DNA of 64,000 nucleotides, taken from Eledone cirrhosa. Lineage: Eukaryota. Both the position numbers and the translations under genes were made by a program. Positions 25,461 to 39,441 of this stretch are shown one piece after another; the stretch's first letter is position 1, and each line of letters begins with the position of its first letter. The stretch spans positions 51,646,001 through 51,710,000 of the forward strand of contig OZ024748.1 in NCBI GenBank assembly GCA_964016885.1, written 5' to 3'. The notes beneath the pieces are model-generated. The model was given only the letters and a program-made list of their open reading frames with translations, was not told the origin of the DNA and searched no databases.

Positions 25461-25484
25461 TACACACACACACACATATATATA

Positions 25485-26152
25485 TCACTCAATAGATTTC
25501 CATCTGAAATTCGTTGTAGAAATGTGAAGAAAATTATCTTATTTTGAAGAGAATGGTGACAGGGTGCAAAATGGATAGTCTATAACAATGTGAAGCAAAA
25601 AACTTCCAAAACAGAACTTCACCAGGGGAGGATTATGCTTTTAATTTGGTGTGATTAGAAGGCATGTTGTATTTTACAAGCTTATTCCTATGGACAAGAC
25701 CATCAACTTGGAGGTTTACTGTGAATAGTTGGATAAATTAAATGCAGCAATCCAACAAAAATGTCCATCACTTGCTAATTGTAAAAACATTATCTTTCAT
25801 CACGATAATGTCAGACCACACACTTTGCAGATGCAGCAGAAGTTAGTGAGGCTTGGTTATACTTTGCCAACTTTTCACCTTCAGATTTCTACATGTTAAA
25901 GTCTCAACAAAGTTCATTGAATGGAGAGATCTTCAACTCTGAAGAAGATGTAAAAATTCACCTGGATGAGTTTTTCACCAGTAAAAACAGTAAATGCTTT
26001 AAGCAGGGAATAATGGATCTGCCCACAATTTGGCAGAAAATACTGGAACCAAACAGTAAATCTATCATTGATTGAATAAATAATTTTGGGTTTAAAATTG
26101 GTGTTCTATTTTCACTTAAAAAAACTGAACAGACTATTTCGCAAACCTAAAA
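25485..26152 (+). mobile_element. Second mariner relic
   Basis: Decayed LKRMVTG..WIVYNN, FHHDNVRPHT, PSDFYML..LNG..F.SEED, GIMDLPTIWQK; TIR-like end CAAACCTAA. Confidence 0.85.
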
Positions 26153-26159
26153 TATATAT

Positions 26160-26348
26160 ATTAACGTAGAATTGAGATGGAGGGTTTGTCTCTATCTCAA
26201 TTCTATTTTTGAAAAGCATAAGAGCTGTGAAACCAGTAAAGGAAACAAATAAATATTCTCAAAAAGACTCGAGTTTCATTTTCGATTTCTTTTTCTTATA
26301 CTTTCACTTGTTTTTTTTTTTTAATTAAAAATCACCTCATTTTCTTAT
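26160..26348 (+). mobile_element. 5'-truncated HHR-type element
   Basis: Hairpin TAGAATTGAGATGGAG/CTCTATCTCAATTCTA, then AAGAGCTGT-GAAAC-CA-GTA; T-rich tail into TA. Confidence 0.4.
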
Positions 26349-26502
26349 ATATATTGAGGACCGAATAAATTAAATTAACCGATATAAAAGACAGAGAAGC
26401 GAAAAGCGAAAACCAACCAAACAGTGAGTATGCTCTGTTATTAATTCTGGCAATATTACACAAATATGACCCTCCCCAAGTATAACAATATATATATATA
26501 TA

Positions 26503-26583
26503 TACCACCACACCACTCTCAAGAGCGTGAAATTAATAAACCTTTGTTTGTACTGCCTCTCTGTTTTGTTCCCATTCAATTTT

Positions 26584-26590
<7 letters not shown>
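26503..26590 (+). mobile_element. Short (TA)n-inserted element, near-identical to 52322-52408
   Basis: CCACTCTCAAGAGCGTGAAA(T/C)TAATAAACCTTTG..; GAAA-palindrome-TA half-HHR. Confidence 0.65.
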
Positions 26591-26639
<49 letters not shown>

Positions 26640-26670
26640 TCTCTGTTTGTTGTTCTCTGTTCATTTATTC

Positions 26671-26709
<39 letters not shown>

Positions 26710-27707
26710 CGTCAATCCGTCCAGTCTGTTCCAGTCAAGAGTTAATGATTGGTGGACGTGATGCCCTTAGTGTTCTGAATTCACTTCCAACATTTCTTGT
26801 GCGAAGCTCTATTGACAGTTGCCTGCCATGTCACAGGACACATTGATGGCATGAAGAGTGGGGTGTACTCTCATACATGGGTGCTTTTCTCCCCACACAC
26901 AGACACATATCTACATGTATATGTGTGAGTGTGAGTGTGTTTATATGTGTGTGGTGGAGGTATATAAATATTTCAATTTTGAAAAATATCAAAATATCGA
27001 AATATATAAGTACATTCCTAATAAGATATGTAAAATAAATCATTAAACTTGTTCTAATATATCTATATTATTATGTTTATAACTACTGTATAATTGTGTC
27101 ATTGAAGTTACACACACACATATATATTCACGAACATATATCGCAAAATTGAAAACTATATATATTAAATGAGAGTATATATAAATTTTTAATTAAAAAA
27201 TTCTCCATTTGACTGAGTTTTGTATTAATCAATCAATTAATATATGTATACATACGTGTATATACATGTATGTATATACATGTATGTATGTGTGTATTCA
27301 AGAACATGTATGACTGTATATATGTGTATGTATGTGTGCGCTAGTTAATTCCTGAAATTATATTGCTAATGGTCTAATTTGTGAGTTTATTTCCCTCTGT
27401 CCAACCTAAGCTCGAGTTATTACAAGAATTATTAATGGCATTTAGGTAAATTAAACACTGCTTACATCATGTTTGGGAATTCCAGAAAATGGATATTAAC
27501 ATTCAATAATATTTCATTTGATTTCATTCCATTTGATTTTGTATTTTTTTGGTCTTTTTCTCCCATTTCTTTGTTGTTTTTTTGTTTCTATGTCTATATA
27601 TATGTTTTTATATATATATATATATGTCTCTCTCTATATATATATGTGTGTGTGTCACTCTCTCTCTCTCTATATATATATATATATGTCTCCCTATATA
27701 TATATAT

Positions 27708-27797
<90 letters not shown>

Positions 27798-28183
27798 TTT
27801 TTATATATTTCTTTCTAATTATTTCATCTGATGAAAATCAGTTGTGTTGAAATATTAACAATTTTTGGCAGTTAATGATTGGAAATTAGATGTAGAGAGA
27901 ATAACTGTAGTTATTGTTTCCAAAATCATCATCATCATCATCTTCCTCATAATTATTACTCATCGTCATTGTGATCATAATTGTAACTCATCATCATCAT
28001 CTTTTCATAACCCTATGCATCTACTTCCTAATTATCATCATCAGCATCATTGTTGTTGATGATGAAAATGATGATGATGACAGTGATGATGATGGTGATG
28101 TTGTTGTTGTTTTTGTTGTAATGAAAGTCATTAATGAAATAATATTGAAAGATATGAAACTGCAACATCAAATACAAAGAACA

Positions 28184-28214
<31 letters not shown>

Positions 28215-28242
28215 TATATAATATATATACACACACACACAC

Positions 28243-28274
<32 letters not shown>

Positions 28275-28441
28275 CATAATATATATATATATATACACAC
28301 ACATAATATATGTATATATATATATATTATATATGTATATATTATATATATTATATAAATATATATATATATTATATTATATATGTATATATTATATATA
28401 TTATATAAATATATATATATATTATATTATATATGTATATA

Positions 28442-28503
<62 letters not shown>

Positions 28504-28979
28504 GAGTGTGTGTGTGTGTGTGTGTGTATGTGTGATTCAAATTTGGGCCTTTGCAATTATGTATTTTAATTACATTCATAAAGAATGAATGATAGATGGT
28601 AAATGGCATCAAAAAGTTAGATTCAAGAAGAAGGGAATATCATACTGTGTGTATGTGTGCATATATGGATATTGAATAGTGAGTGTAATTATGAATAAAT
28701 ATATATACATGTGTGTAGATGTACTCACTCTTAAGTTGATGTAATGTTAAAAGAAGAGAAAACTAAATTGCTGAGAATAAGTTTAAAAACAACTATTCTT
28801 CAGTTCGAATTATAGAATTCAAGAGACTGTATAAACTTTTGGTTCTAGCATCAAATAGTTCCACGTGTGATTTTGATGTTATGAGTAAAATAAATGAAGC
28901 AAGATGTGGTTGCCTAGAAAGAACATTCAGCAGGACATCTGTGAAATGTCTCAAAAGTTATTATCCTATACTGCATGAA

Positions 28980-29335
28980 TTCACATTAACAAGACATTCT
29001 TGTAAAGTATAAAACAGAATTATGTCTGCGTCACATTAACAATTGAATTCCTGCAAACTTTTTACAAGTCTTTCCTCAAATAAAGATACTAAAAACATTT
29101 GAATTAACAAACCATATGAAACCACATCAACAAGACATTTTTGAAAAGTACAAAACAGCATTAAGAATGCATCTCGTTAACAATTGAAGTCCTTAATCTA
29201 AACTTACATTTTTTATAATGATCTTTCCTCAAGTGAGGATACTATAAATATTTGAATTAACAATCCACATGATACTACATCAGTAAGACATTCTTAAAAA
29301 GTATATTACAGCATATTAACAATTGAAGCTTTTTC
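28980..29335. repeat. Degenerate ~140-155-bp tandem triplication
   Basis: ACAT.A..AAGACATT.TT..AAAGTA..ACAG..TTAACAATTGAA at about 28982, 29122, 29276. Confidence 0.75.
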
Positions 29336-29403
29336 TCTAGCACTATAAATATTGATATTAATGCTAAACAATAAATATATATATATATATTATTTATATA
29401 AAT

Positions 29404-29515
29404 ATAATTGTTTCTACTTTTGGCACAAGGCCAGCAATTACCCAGTGCATTACTGGTACTTTATTTTATCGACCCCGTAAGGATGAAAGGCAAAGTTAAC
29501 CTCGGCGGGATTTGA
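29404..29515 (-). mobile_element. SINE A, 5'-truncated
   Basis: Core and tail match. Confidence 0.85.
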
Positions 29516-30099
29516 TATACAGATATCATTTTTGATGATTTAATTTGAAAGAATAAAAACTAATAATAAAATAGGAATATATTTTTTAAAATGAGGCCCT
29601 TGAAGGTGTGTGGCCCTAAGCTAGAGATTATAGCTGAGACCAGCACTGTTCTCAGCCACCAGTGAATCCTCATAACATGAGCCAAATTCCATCCTGACCA
29701 TCATTCATGGTAAGACACACATCAACTGTTTGCAGTGTAATAGCTGCTCTACTAAACTCATAATTTAAAACATTACTTTAAGTTGTACATAAGGGAGCCT
29801 TCTTTACATGTGAATCTCTTTAGTCAAGTTGGATGGAAAGTGCAACTATCACCGCCAAAGCAATGATGAGTGCCCAAGCTGTGAATGGTAATTCTGTTTA
29901 CACATCAACAAACAAAAAAATATAATATGGAGACATCAATCACCAAACTGAGAAAACATGCTCCATAACACCATAAGTCACATCATCAACATCAACATTT
30001 AACATACAGTAGTGACGACGACAATAACACTACCATCAGCACCATCACTAGCATGATAGCATTAACAACAACAATACCACTACTATCTTTTATATATGT

Positions 30100-30852
30100 A
30101 CCCATTCCACACTGTAGATTAGTTGTTTTGGTGCCATGACAAAAAACACCCAGTCCACACTGTAAAGTGGTCGTTTTGGTGCCATGACAAAAAACACCCA
30201 GTCCACACTGTAAAGTGGTCGTTTTGGTGCCATGACAAAAAACACCCAGTCCACACTGTAAAGTGGTCGTTTTGGTATCATGACAAAAACACCCAGTCCA
30301 CACTGTAAAGTGGTCGTTTTGGTGCCATGACAAAAAACACCCAGTCCACACTGTAAAGTGGTCGTTTTGGTGCCATGACAAAAAATACAAAGTCCACACT
30401 GTAAAGTGGTGATTTTGGTGCCATGACAAAAAACACCAATTCCGCACTGTAAAGTGGTCGTTTTGGTGCCATGACAAAAACACCCAGTCCACACTGTAAA
30501 GTGGTCGTTGTGGTGCCATGACAAATACACGCATTCCACACTGTAGAGTGGTCGTTTTGGTGCCATGACAAAAACACCCAGTTCACACTGTAAAGTGGTC
30601 GTTTTGGTGCCTTGACAAAAAGCACCCAGTCCACACTGTAAAGTGGTCGTTTTGGTGCCTTGACAAAAAGCACCCAATTCACACTGTAAATATAGTTGGC
30701 ATTAGGATGGGCATCCAACCATAGGAATTAAGCTAGAGACAATTATGTATGGTGAAGACATGGTCATCTGATCAGACTTTGTCTTACAATGAGAAAACTT
30801 GTCTAACCCATCCTAGTGTGGAAAATGGATGTTAAATGGTGATGATGATGAT
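30100..30852 (+). mobile_element. SINE B-related element with ~12 tandem 47-48-bp modules
   Basis: CCAGTCCACACTGTAAAGTGGTCGTTTTGGTGCCATGACAAAAAACAC array 30100-30690, then GGGCATCCAACC and RTE-type tail. Confidence 0.85.
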
Positions 30853-31139
30853 AAATCCCCACATACGTAACTGCTACACTATAAATCAGCTGACCTAGTA
30901 CAGCTACTCAACCTGCTAAAAATAACAGCTAATCTTTTGTAAATCTCATTCTGCAGTCTTTTATTTTTTTCATTTTTTTTGTAGTTGAGGAAAGGATTTA
31001 TTGGATTATAGATAGTTCTAGATATACTGTGTGTGAAATATGAGAGATGGCCATGGCAGGAATATTTTTGTTAGTTGTAAGTCTGCTCATTTTGAGTTGA
31101 CCTGAGGGTTAAACAACAACAATATCATAATAATGCTAT

Positions 31140-32240
31140 TACCATGAAAACAGCCACTACTACAATAGCAACAACACCAATACCACTACCATTAACACCA
31201 ACACTACCACAATAGCAACAACACTAATACCACTACCATCAACACTACCACAATAGCAACAACAACGATACCACTGCTACAACAACAACAACAATGACAA
31301 TACCATCAGAACCACCATCAACAGCCATTACAACAACAAAAGTATGATTCCTTCTCTATTGCTACCACCACCAATACAACTACCACCACCATCACCAGCA
31401 CCATCATCCCCATCAACTCACCCCCACCACCAGTACCACTACAACTACCACCACCATCACCAGCACCATCATCCCCATCAACTCACCCCCACCACCAATA
31501 CCACTACAACTACCACCACCATCACCAGCACCATCATCCCCATCAACTCACCCCCACCATCAGTACCACTACCAGTACAACTACCACCACCATCACCAAT
31601 ACCATCACTGCCCACAACCACCAGTAACACAATCACCACCACCAGTAATATCACCATCATCATTACCAGCACCATCATCCCCACCAGTACCGTCAAGACC
31701 CCCCCCCCCCACACACACAGCCCCCCCCACACACACACACACACCAGTACCATCATCACACCTCCACCTCCAACCCTACCCACCACCATTACCACCACTC
31801 CACCACCAACATCATCCCCCCCCCCCCCAGTACCCCCCCCAGTACCACCAGTACCATCATGACACCTCCACCTCCAACCCTACCCACCACCACCACCACC
31901 AACATCAACCCCCATCACCACCACCAGTAAAATCGTTGCCAACAGCACGAACATCAAGCCCCCATCATCATGCCCCCCCCCTCCACAACCAGTAAAACCA
32001 ACATCAAACCCCCCTCACCCCACCACCACCAACACCACCATCACGCCACCCCCCATTACCACCATCACCTCCCCACCACTGCCACCACCACCAGTACCAT
32101 CATCACATCCCCACCACCAACACCACCATCACGCCACCCCCAATACCACCATCACCTCCCCTACCACCACCACCACCACCGCCACCAGTACCCACCTCAC
32201 CTCCCCACCACCACCACTGCTGGAGGCACTACCATCATTT
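31140..32240. repeat. C/A-rich low-complexity tract ((CCA)n-like)
   Basis: Direct inspection. Confidence 0.9.
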
Positions 32241-32379
32241 ACATAATGCAAATCAACTACTGTTTCACTAATTCCACCATTATTGGATTTAGCTGTTTCT
32301 TGTCTTGGTACTTACAATTGCTTAACGCTTCGTGTTCTTTGAGGACTCACCACACCAAATGTATGGAACAAGTGGGGAG

Positions 32380-33395
32380 ATGGTGTGGTGGTAGCGTGGT
32401 GTGGTGGTGTGGTGGTGGTGGTAGAGTGGTGTGGTGGTGTGGTGGTGGTGGTAGAGTGGTGTGGTGATAGAGTGGTGTAGTGATAGAGTTGTGTGGTGTT
32501 GTGGTGTGGTGGTAGAGTGGTTTGGTGGTGGTAGAGTGGTGTGGTGGTGTGGTGGGGGTGTGGTGGTAGAGTGGTGTGGTGGTGTGGTGGGGGTGTGGTG
32601 GTAGAGTGGTGTGGTGGTAGAGTGGTGTGGTGGTGTGGTGTGGTGGTAGAGTGGTGTGGTGGTAGAGTGGTGTGGTGTGGTGGTAGAGTGGTGTGGTGGT
32701 GTGGTGGTAGAGTGGTGTGGTGGTGTGGTGGTAGAGTGGTGTGGTGGTGTGGTGGTGTGGTGGTAGAGTGGTTTGGTGGTAGAGTGGTGTAGTGGTGTGG
32801 TGGTGTGGTGGTGGTGGTAGAGTGGTGTGGTGGCGGTGGCAGAGTGGTGTGGTGGTGTGGTGGTAGAGTGGTTTGGTGGTGATAGAGTGGTGTGGTGGTG
32901 GTGGTAGAGTGGTGTGGTGGTAGAGTGGTGTGGTGGTGTGGTGGTGGTGGTAGAGTGGTGTGGTGATGTGGTGGTGGTATAGGGGTGTGGTGGTAGAGTG
33001 GTATGGTGGTAGAGTGGTGTGGTGGTGCGGTGGTGTGGTAGAGTGGTGCGGTGCTGGTAGAGTGGTGTGGTGGTGGTGGTAGAGTGGTGTGGTGGTGGTA
33101 GAGTGGTGTGGTGGTGTGGTGGTAGAGTGGTGTGGTGGTATAGTGGTGTGGTGGTATAGTGGTGTAGTGGTGTGGTGATGTGGTGGTGGTATAGTGGTAT
33201 GGTGGTGGTGTGGTGTGGTGTGGTGGTATAGTGGTGTAGTGGTGTGGTGTTGTGGTGTGGTGGTAGATTGGTGTGGTGATAGAGTGGTGTGGTGGTATAG
33301 TGGTGGTGTGGTGGTATAGTGGTGTGGTGGAGTGGTGGTGTGGTGTGGTGGTATAGTGGTGTAGTGGTGTGGTGATGTGGTGTGGTGGTAGTGGG
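32380..33395. repeat. G/T-rich satellite (GGTGT / GGTAGAGT units)
   Basis: Direct inspection. Confidence 0.9.
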
Positions 33396-33597
33396 CAAAT
33401 GTGGAGAGATTTGGGAAGGAAGATGTAGAGAAAGAAAGAAGGGGTGGAAGGTAATGGTTATAGGGGGAAGGGGTAAGACCTGAAGGGAAAAGATAAAAAA
33501 AATGTTGACAAGCTGTAATAAATAAATATATATATATATGTGTGTGAAGGGGATTTGAGGGGTGTATATATATATACGCATATATATATATACATAC

Positions 33598-33630
<33 letters not shown>

Positions 33631-34339
33631 GATACATATATATACATATGTACATACATATATATATATATATACATACATATATATACATATGTACATA
33701 CATATATATATATATATATACATATATATATCTATATACATATATATATATATATATATACTTACATATATATACATACATATATATATATATGCATACA
33801 AATATATACATACATATACATAATATATACATATATATATTATATATAAATGAAAATATGTATGTGTATGTATGTGTATGTATGTATATATATATATATA
33901 TATTATATATATATATATATATATACATATATACATACATATACATACATACACATACATATATACATACACATACATATATACATACATACACATACAT
34001 ATATACATATATATAAAGAAGACTAGTGATTGGTTTTAGTTTTGTAGTAATGTACTTCTTGAGGATTTGAGTACTATTACAGCTGTGTACAGACAGAGAT
34101 GGAGTGTGTGTGTGTCTGTGTGTGTGTGTGCACGCGTGTGTGTGTGCATATGTGTTTGTGGGGGTGGGATAGAAAAGGGGAAGCAAGAAAGTAAAAAGGA
34201 AGGAGAGTGAGAAAAAAAGTGAGGGGAAAGAAAAAAAGAGAGGGAGAAAAAAAGGAAGAGATATAAACAGAAAGAAAAATTGATTTGTAGAAATAGATAT
34301 CTATATATATATAGATTAAGAGATTTGTAGTTTGCTAGT

Positions 34340-34384
<45 letters not shown>

Positions 34385-34570
34385 GGAGAGAGAGACATGT
34401 AGATAGAGATGAAGAGATAGGTAAAAATTTAAATGGAATAAAATATAGAGAATTGTACATAGAGAGAGAGGGGAGAGAGAGAGGAGAGAGAGGGGGAGAG
34501 AGAGAGGAGAGAGAGAGGGAGAGAGATATGGAGAGGGGGAGAGGGAGTCATTGAAGAAGAGGGGCATGGG

Positions 34571-34705
34571 GTGAGAGCAGACCTCGGATCGCTGAAACTC
34601 ACCGAGGAGATGACGAAGGACCGTGACAAGTGGAGAGATGCTGTGCTGAATAGGACCCATCCAACCCGTGCAAGCAGGGAAAAGCGGACGTATGATGATG
34701 ATGAT
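34571..34705 (+). mobile_element. RTE LINE extreme 3' fragment (partner of SINE B)
   Basis: RADLGSLKLTEEMTKDRDKWRDAVLNRTHPT; tail CCCGTGCAAGCAGGGAAAAGCGGACGT-(ATG)n. Confidence 0.85.
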
Positions 34706-34726
34706 GTATATATGTATATATGTGCA

Positions 34727-34761
<35 letters not shown>

Positions 34762-35363
34762 CCATCCAATGGCTTTAAACCGGAACTTCTGAGAAACTGA
34801 TCACATCTTTGAAACTGCTGTGTAATAGGCTACTCTGACAGATAGACAGATAAGAAGCTACACAGACTTCTCTGAATTGTCCATGATGTGGTACATGAGG
34901 GCCTTACAAGAAGTATAAGAGTCAGTAACATCATGGGACTGGAGGGCCTTGCCAGAAACAGAACAGTCAATGATGTCACATAAACAGAAGTAGGACCAAT
35001 TGTGGCGTGCCTCTTGCTTTTCTGACAGTCCGTTTTTCAGTTTATTTGTCGTTAGCCATTTCATTATCATATCTCTAATGAAAAGCACTACCTATATGTT
35101 TCAAATAGTTTTGAAGATAACCAAAAATGTGGAGAGATTTAGTATTGTAAACTTACTTTTTCATTATTAAGTTGATGTCTTGAACATAAAGATTCTTACA
35201 TAAAATGATGTAGGTTTTAGATAAATATAAACAATTTAAAACAACTGAAGATGGGTCCTGGTGGTTTGGCATAAAGAAACATGGTTAAGCATAATGATCT
35301 GTTTACAGGTAAGTTGTTATCACAATGGTTAAGGAGTAGCCATCAGTACCTAGAGCCTCCACT

Positions 35364-35592
35364 TTAATTCTTTAGCATTTAAACCAGTTGTATCCAGCCA
35401 GATCTCTCTCACCTCTTTCTGTTTAAACCGGCCATAACTGGCCACTCACACAGATGTTAAGGTATTGTTCTGAAAATAAATAATATCAAAATCACATAGA
35501 TTCGATATTATGTGAGATAATTATTTGAGGTAAAGCCTTTACCATGGAAATATAATAGTAATTATAGAGTAATGTAAATTGTAAAGGGATAA
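35364..35592. mobile_element. piggyBac-like MITE, decayed, inverted relative to 12909-13128
   Basis: ATGTGAGATAATTAT.TGAGGTAAAGCCTTT is the reverse complement of about 12957-12988. Confidence 0.6.
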
Positions 35593-36439
35593 AGATAAAT
35601 TCATAAGAGGATAATGTTTGTTAGGAAGTGATGCAGATTTATGTCTTTTTTTATCTTTTACATGTTTCAGCCAACGGGCTGAGGCCATGCTGGAACATAA
35701 TTATAAATTGAACACTGATAAAGGAGAGACAATGACTAGAAAGTGGTATATTTCTCCTGCAGGAGGTCTGTGCAGTATTTAACTCTTAACATCCTGTACC
35801 ACATAAGACTAAATTTACAAGATATTCTTAAAAAGTACAAAGCAACACTGACTTTAGCACAAGCAATCACAGATTTTAGCTTATTACTGCAAATTTTCAA
35901 AGTGATCTGTTTACTAGTAAAGATACTACAAACTTCTGAAATAATAAACATGTTTTTAAATATTTTCTGCTAAAGGGTGTTAAGAGTTAGTTATAAATTG
36001 CTGTTAACTCTTTCATTAAAATGTTTCTCACGAAAGACCCTGCCTATGATTTTCAAATCATGTTGGAAATTATCAAGAATTTGGAGAGATTTAGTCATAT
36101 AAGTGATTTCTTCATTATCAAGATGATATTTGATACTTAACTTAACATAGGTTCTTACATGAGATTATGCTAGAAAATTAGATAAATAGAACCACTTTAA
36201 AATAAATAGTATTGTATTGTAGAACCGGAAAAATTGTCAAACAAAGGGGTTGCAAGACGCTTCAGCTGTGTCAAAGACATGACAACCTTCCTATGTTTCA
36301 TCTATTGTTATAGGAACATGGAATTGGTTTAGAAATGATTGAATAGTCTAAGGATGCCATCCCTGTGAAAAGTGATAGGTTAAGAAGATAGCAATGGGAG
36401 AAATCAAAGACTAAAAATCATAATTATCAATATATCCAG

Positions 36440-36800
36440 AGATTGATTTGCCCCCGATTTAAATTCCATAGAGGTTAGCTTTGCCTTTCAACCTTACAGA
36501 GTTGAGAAAATAATGTACCAGTAATGTACTGGAATCAATTTAATCTCCACACCCCAAAAATGTTGGCCTTGTGTCTATATCAGAAACCATTATATATCTA
36601 ATTAATGGATGGGCGGTGGATTGGCAGTATCAGTAGAGAGTCGGACGACATGCTTTCCAGCATAGTTACGTCCCTTTACGGTCTGAGTTCAAATCCCGCC
36701 GAGGTTAACTTTGCCTTTCATCCTTACGGGGTCGATAAAATAAAGTACCAGTAATGTACTGGGTAATTGCTGGCCCTGTGCCAAAAGTAGAAACAATTAT
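36440..36800 (+). mobile_element. Old SINE A (36440-36595) followed by a young SINE A (36611-36800)
   Basis: Young copy flanked by repeated ATTATATATCTAAT (TSD-like). Confidence 0.85.
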
Positions 36801-37539
36801 ATATCTAATGAATCAGGGTGGAATATGGACTGCATAACAACTACAGCAGACCAGAGACAAGATCTGATTGAGAGCTAGAGAGAGAAGTATAGGGGAAATG
36901 AAATATAGACAGATGAAGGCTGCATTGTATGGAGTAGAATAATATGGAGAAATATAGAGATAACATAGGGAAAGAGGGGGAGAGAAATAGAGGACTAGAG
37001 AGGGAAAGAGAATGAGTGAAAGAGAAGGAAAATGATATGAGTGGAAAAGTGAAGGGGAAGGAAAGAGTGGGTAAAAGAAAAAAATATAGAAATAGAAAAC
37101 AAAATAGATAAAATAAATTGACAAACAGAGAAAAAAAAGCAGAGAGAGAGAGAAGGGAGAGAGAGAAAGAGAGAGAGAGAGAGATTGAGCAATAGAAACA
37201 TAAACAGATAATCAAAGATAAAAACAAACAATAAAAAAAATCAGTAAACCACCAAGTGGAAGTCAAAAAGTGGACAGAAAAATAAAACAAAGAGAAATAA
37301 GAAAGAAAGAAAGAAAGAAAGAAAGAAGAAAAAGAAAGAAAGGAAAAGAAAGAAAGAAAAAGAAAGAAAGAAAAAGATAGAAAGAAAAAGAAAGAAAGAA
37401 AAAGAAAGAAAGAAAAAGAAAGAAAGAAAAAGAGGAAGAAAAAACAACAAAATCATAATTAGACATAAAACAAAGTAAAAAGCAAATATAAATACAAGGA
37501 AAAGAAGGAGAAAAAAGTGAATATGGAAAGAGTTTGAGT

Positions 37540-37790
37540 GAGGTTGGCAAGAGGGGGTGAGGATCGCAAGGGGGTGGGGGTGGAAAAAGGGGGTGAGGTT
37601 GGAAAGAGGGGGTGAGGCTGGCAAGAGGGGATGAGGCTGGCAAGAGGGGGTAAGGCTGGCAAGAGGGGATGAGGCTGGCAAGAGGGGGTTGTGAGACTGG
37701 CAAGAAGGGGTGAGGTTGACAAGAGGGGGTGGTGAGGCTGGCAAGAAGGGCTGAGGTTGGCAAGAGGGGGTGAGTTTGGCAAGAGGAGGT
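37540..37790. repeat. ~20-bp G-rich minisatellite
   Basis: GAGGCTGGCAAGAGGGGGT units. Confidence 0.85.
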
Positions 37791-37949
37791 GGGCATATAT
37801 GGTGGGATTTGTGGACAAGAACACATTGTTTCTCCATTTGAGTAGTGTTTCTTTGGTGGTGGTGGTCCGGTGTTGAAGTAGTCTGGTGTGGTGTTGTGAT
37901 GGTCTGGTAGTGTGGTGTTATGGAGTAGGCAAAATGATAGATAGATAGG

Positions 37950-38018
<69 letters not shown>

Positions 38019-38053
38019 GATAGATAGATTGTAGATAGATAGCTGATAGATAA

Positions 38054-38088
<35 letters not shown>

Positions 38089-38507
38089 TATAGATAGATA
38101 GATAGATAGACAAACAAAGTAAGAGAGAAAGAGACATGACAAGACAAGATGGTGGTTTGGGTAAAAAAAAAAGATAATATATAATATATACACATATATA
38201 TAATATATATCTTATACATTATATATATATATATATATAGTGTGTATGTGAGATATAGATATGTGTGTGTGTGTGTGATATATATGTATGTGTGTGAGAT
38301 ATATATATGTGTGTGTGTGTGTGTTCTCTTTAGAGGGAGGGAATATTACAGTAAAGATGGCAGTGGTGAGAAAGAAGCAATGGAACCACTATCTTGCATT
38401 GACCCATGAAGAAATCTTGCACTAATCATTTGTGTCTTCTGTTCCACTTCACTGCACATCCTCATCTGCTGCTGTTTGACTTAAGACTTGCTAGCTGGAT
38501 TAACAAC

Positions 38508-39250
38508 ATGGTGGTGGGGGTCGGGTGATGGGGGGGGAGGGTCTAGTGGTGGTGGTGTTGGGGTAATGGAGTGGTATTGGGGGCTCTAGTGGTGGGGTGT
38601 AGTGAGGCGGTATGGGGTGGTATCGGTGGTTTAATGGTGGTGGCGGTGGTGGGGTAATGGTGGGATCTAGTGGTGGTGGTGTTGGGGTAATGGAGTGGTA
38701 TTGGGGGCTCTAGTGGTGGGGGTGTAGTACGGCAGTATGGGGTGGTATCGGTGGTTTAATGGTGGTGGTGGTGGGGTAATGGTGGGGTCTAGTGGTGGTG
38801 GTGGTGGTTGGGGGAACGGAGCCGTATTGGTGAGGGTCTAGTGGTGGTGTAGTGGTGGTGTGGTGGTGGTGGTGGTGGGTAATGGGGATTCTAGTGGTGG
38901 TGGAGGTGGGGATGGAGTGGTATTGGGGGCTCTAGTGGTGGGGGTGTAGTGGGGCAGTATGGGGTGGTATCGATGGTTTAATGGTGGTGGTGGTGGTGGT
39001 GGGGTAAAGGTGGGGTCTGGTGGTGGTGGTGGTGGTGGGGGTGGGGATGGAGTGGTATTGGGGGCTCTAGTCGTGGTGGTGTAGTGGGTCAGTATGAGGT
39101 GGTATTGGTGAGGGTCTAGTAGTGGTATAGTGCTGGTGGTGTAGTGGTGGTATTGGAGGCGTCTAGTGGTGGTGGTCTAGTGGTGGTGGTGTCATGGTGG
39201 CAGTGGCGTAGGGGTGGTTTTAGTGGTGCAGTTGTAGGTGATGGTAATGT
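38508..39250. repeat. G-rich degenerate ~110-bp repeat
   Basis: ATGGAGTGGTATTGGGGGCTCTAGT recurring. Confidence 0.75.
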
Positions 39251-39370
39251 AGGAGTGGAAAGTAGTCTACTCTGTATAAGTGAGGGAAAGTCTGGGAGGC
39301 TGAGTTGTCGAGGGGACAGGTGGAGAGAAAAGATGATTGTGTGTATGGCTGGAAACTATTATGTGTGTGT

Positions 39371-39441
<71 letters not shown>

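Noticed and set aside
27827-27865. CTGATGA...GAAA hammerhead candidate
   Set aside because: Stems I and II do not pair and there is no valid NUH
31344-34008. Pro/His/Thr-rich ORFs resembling extensins or mucins
   Set aside because: Low-complexity CCA/TGG tracts with no frame preference or splice support
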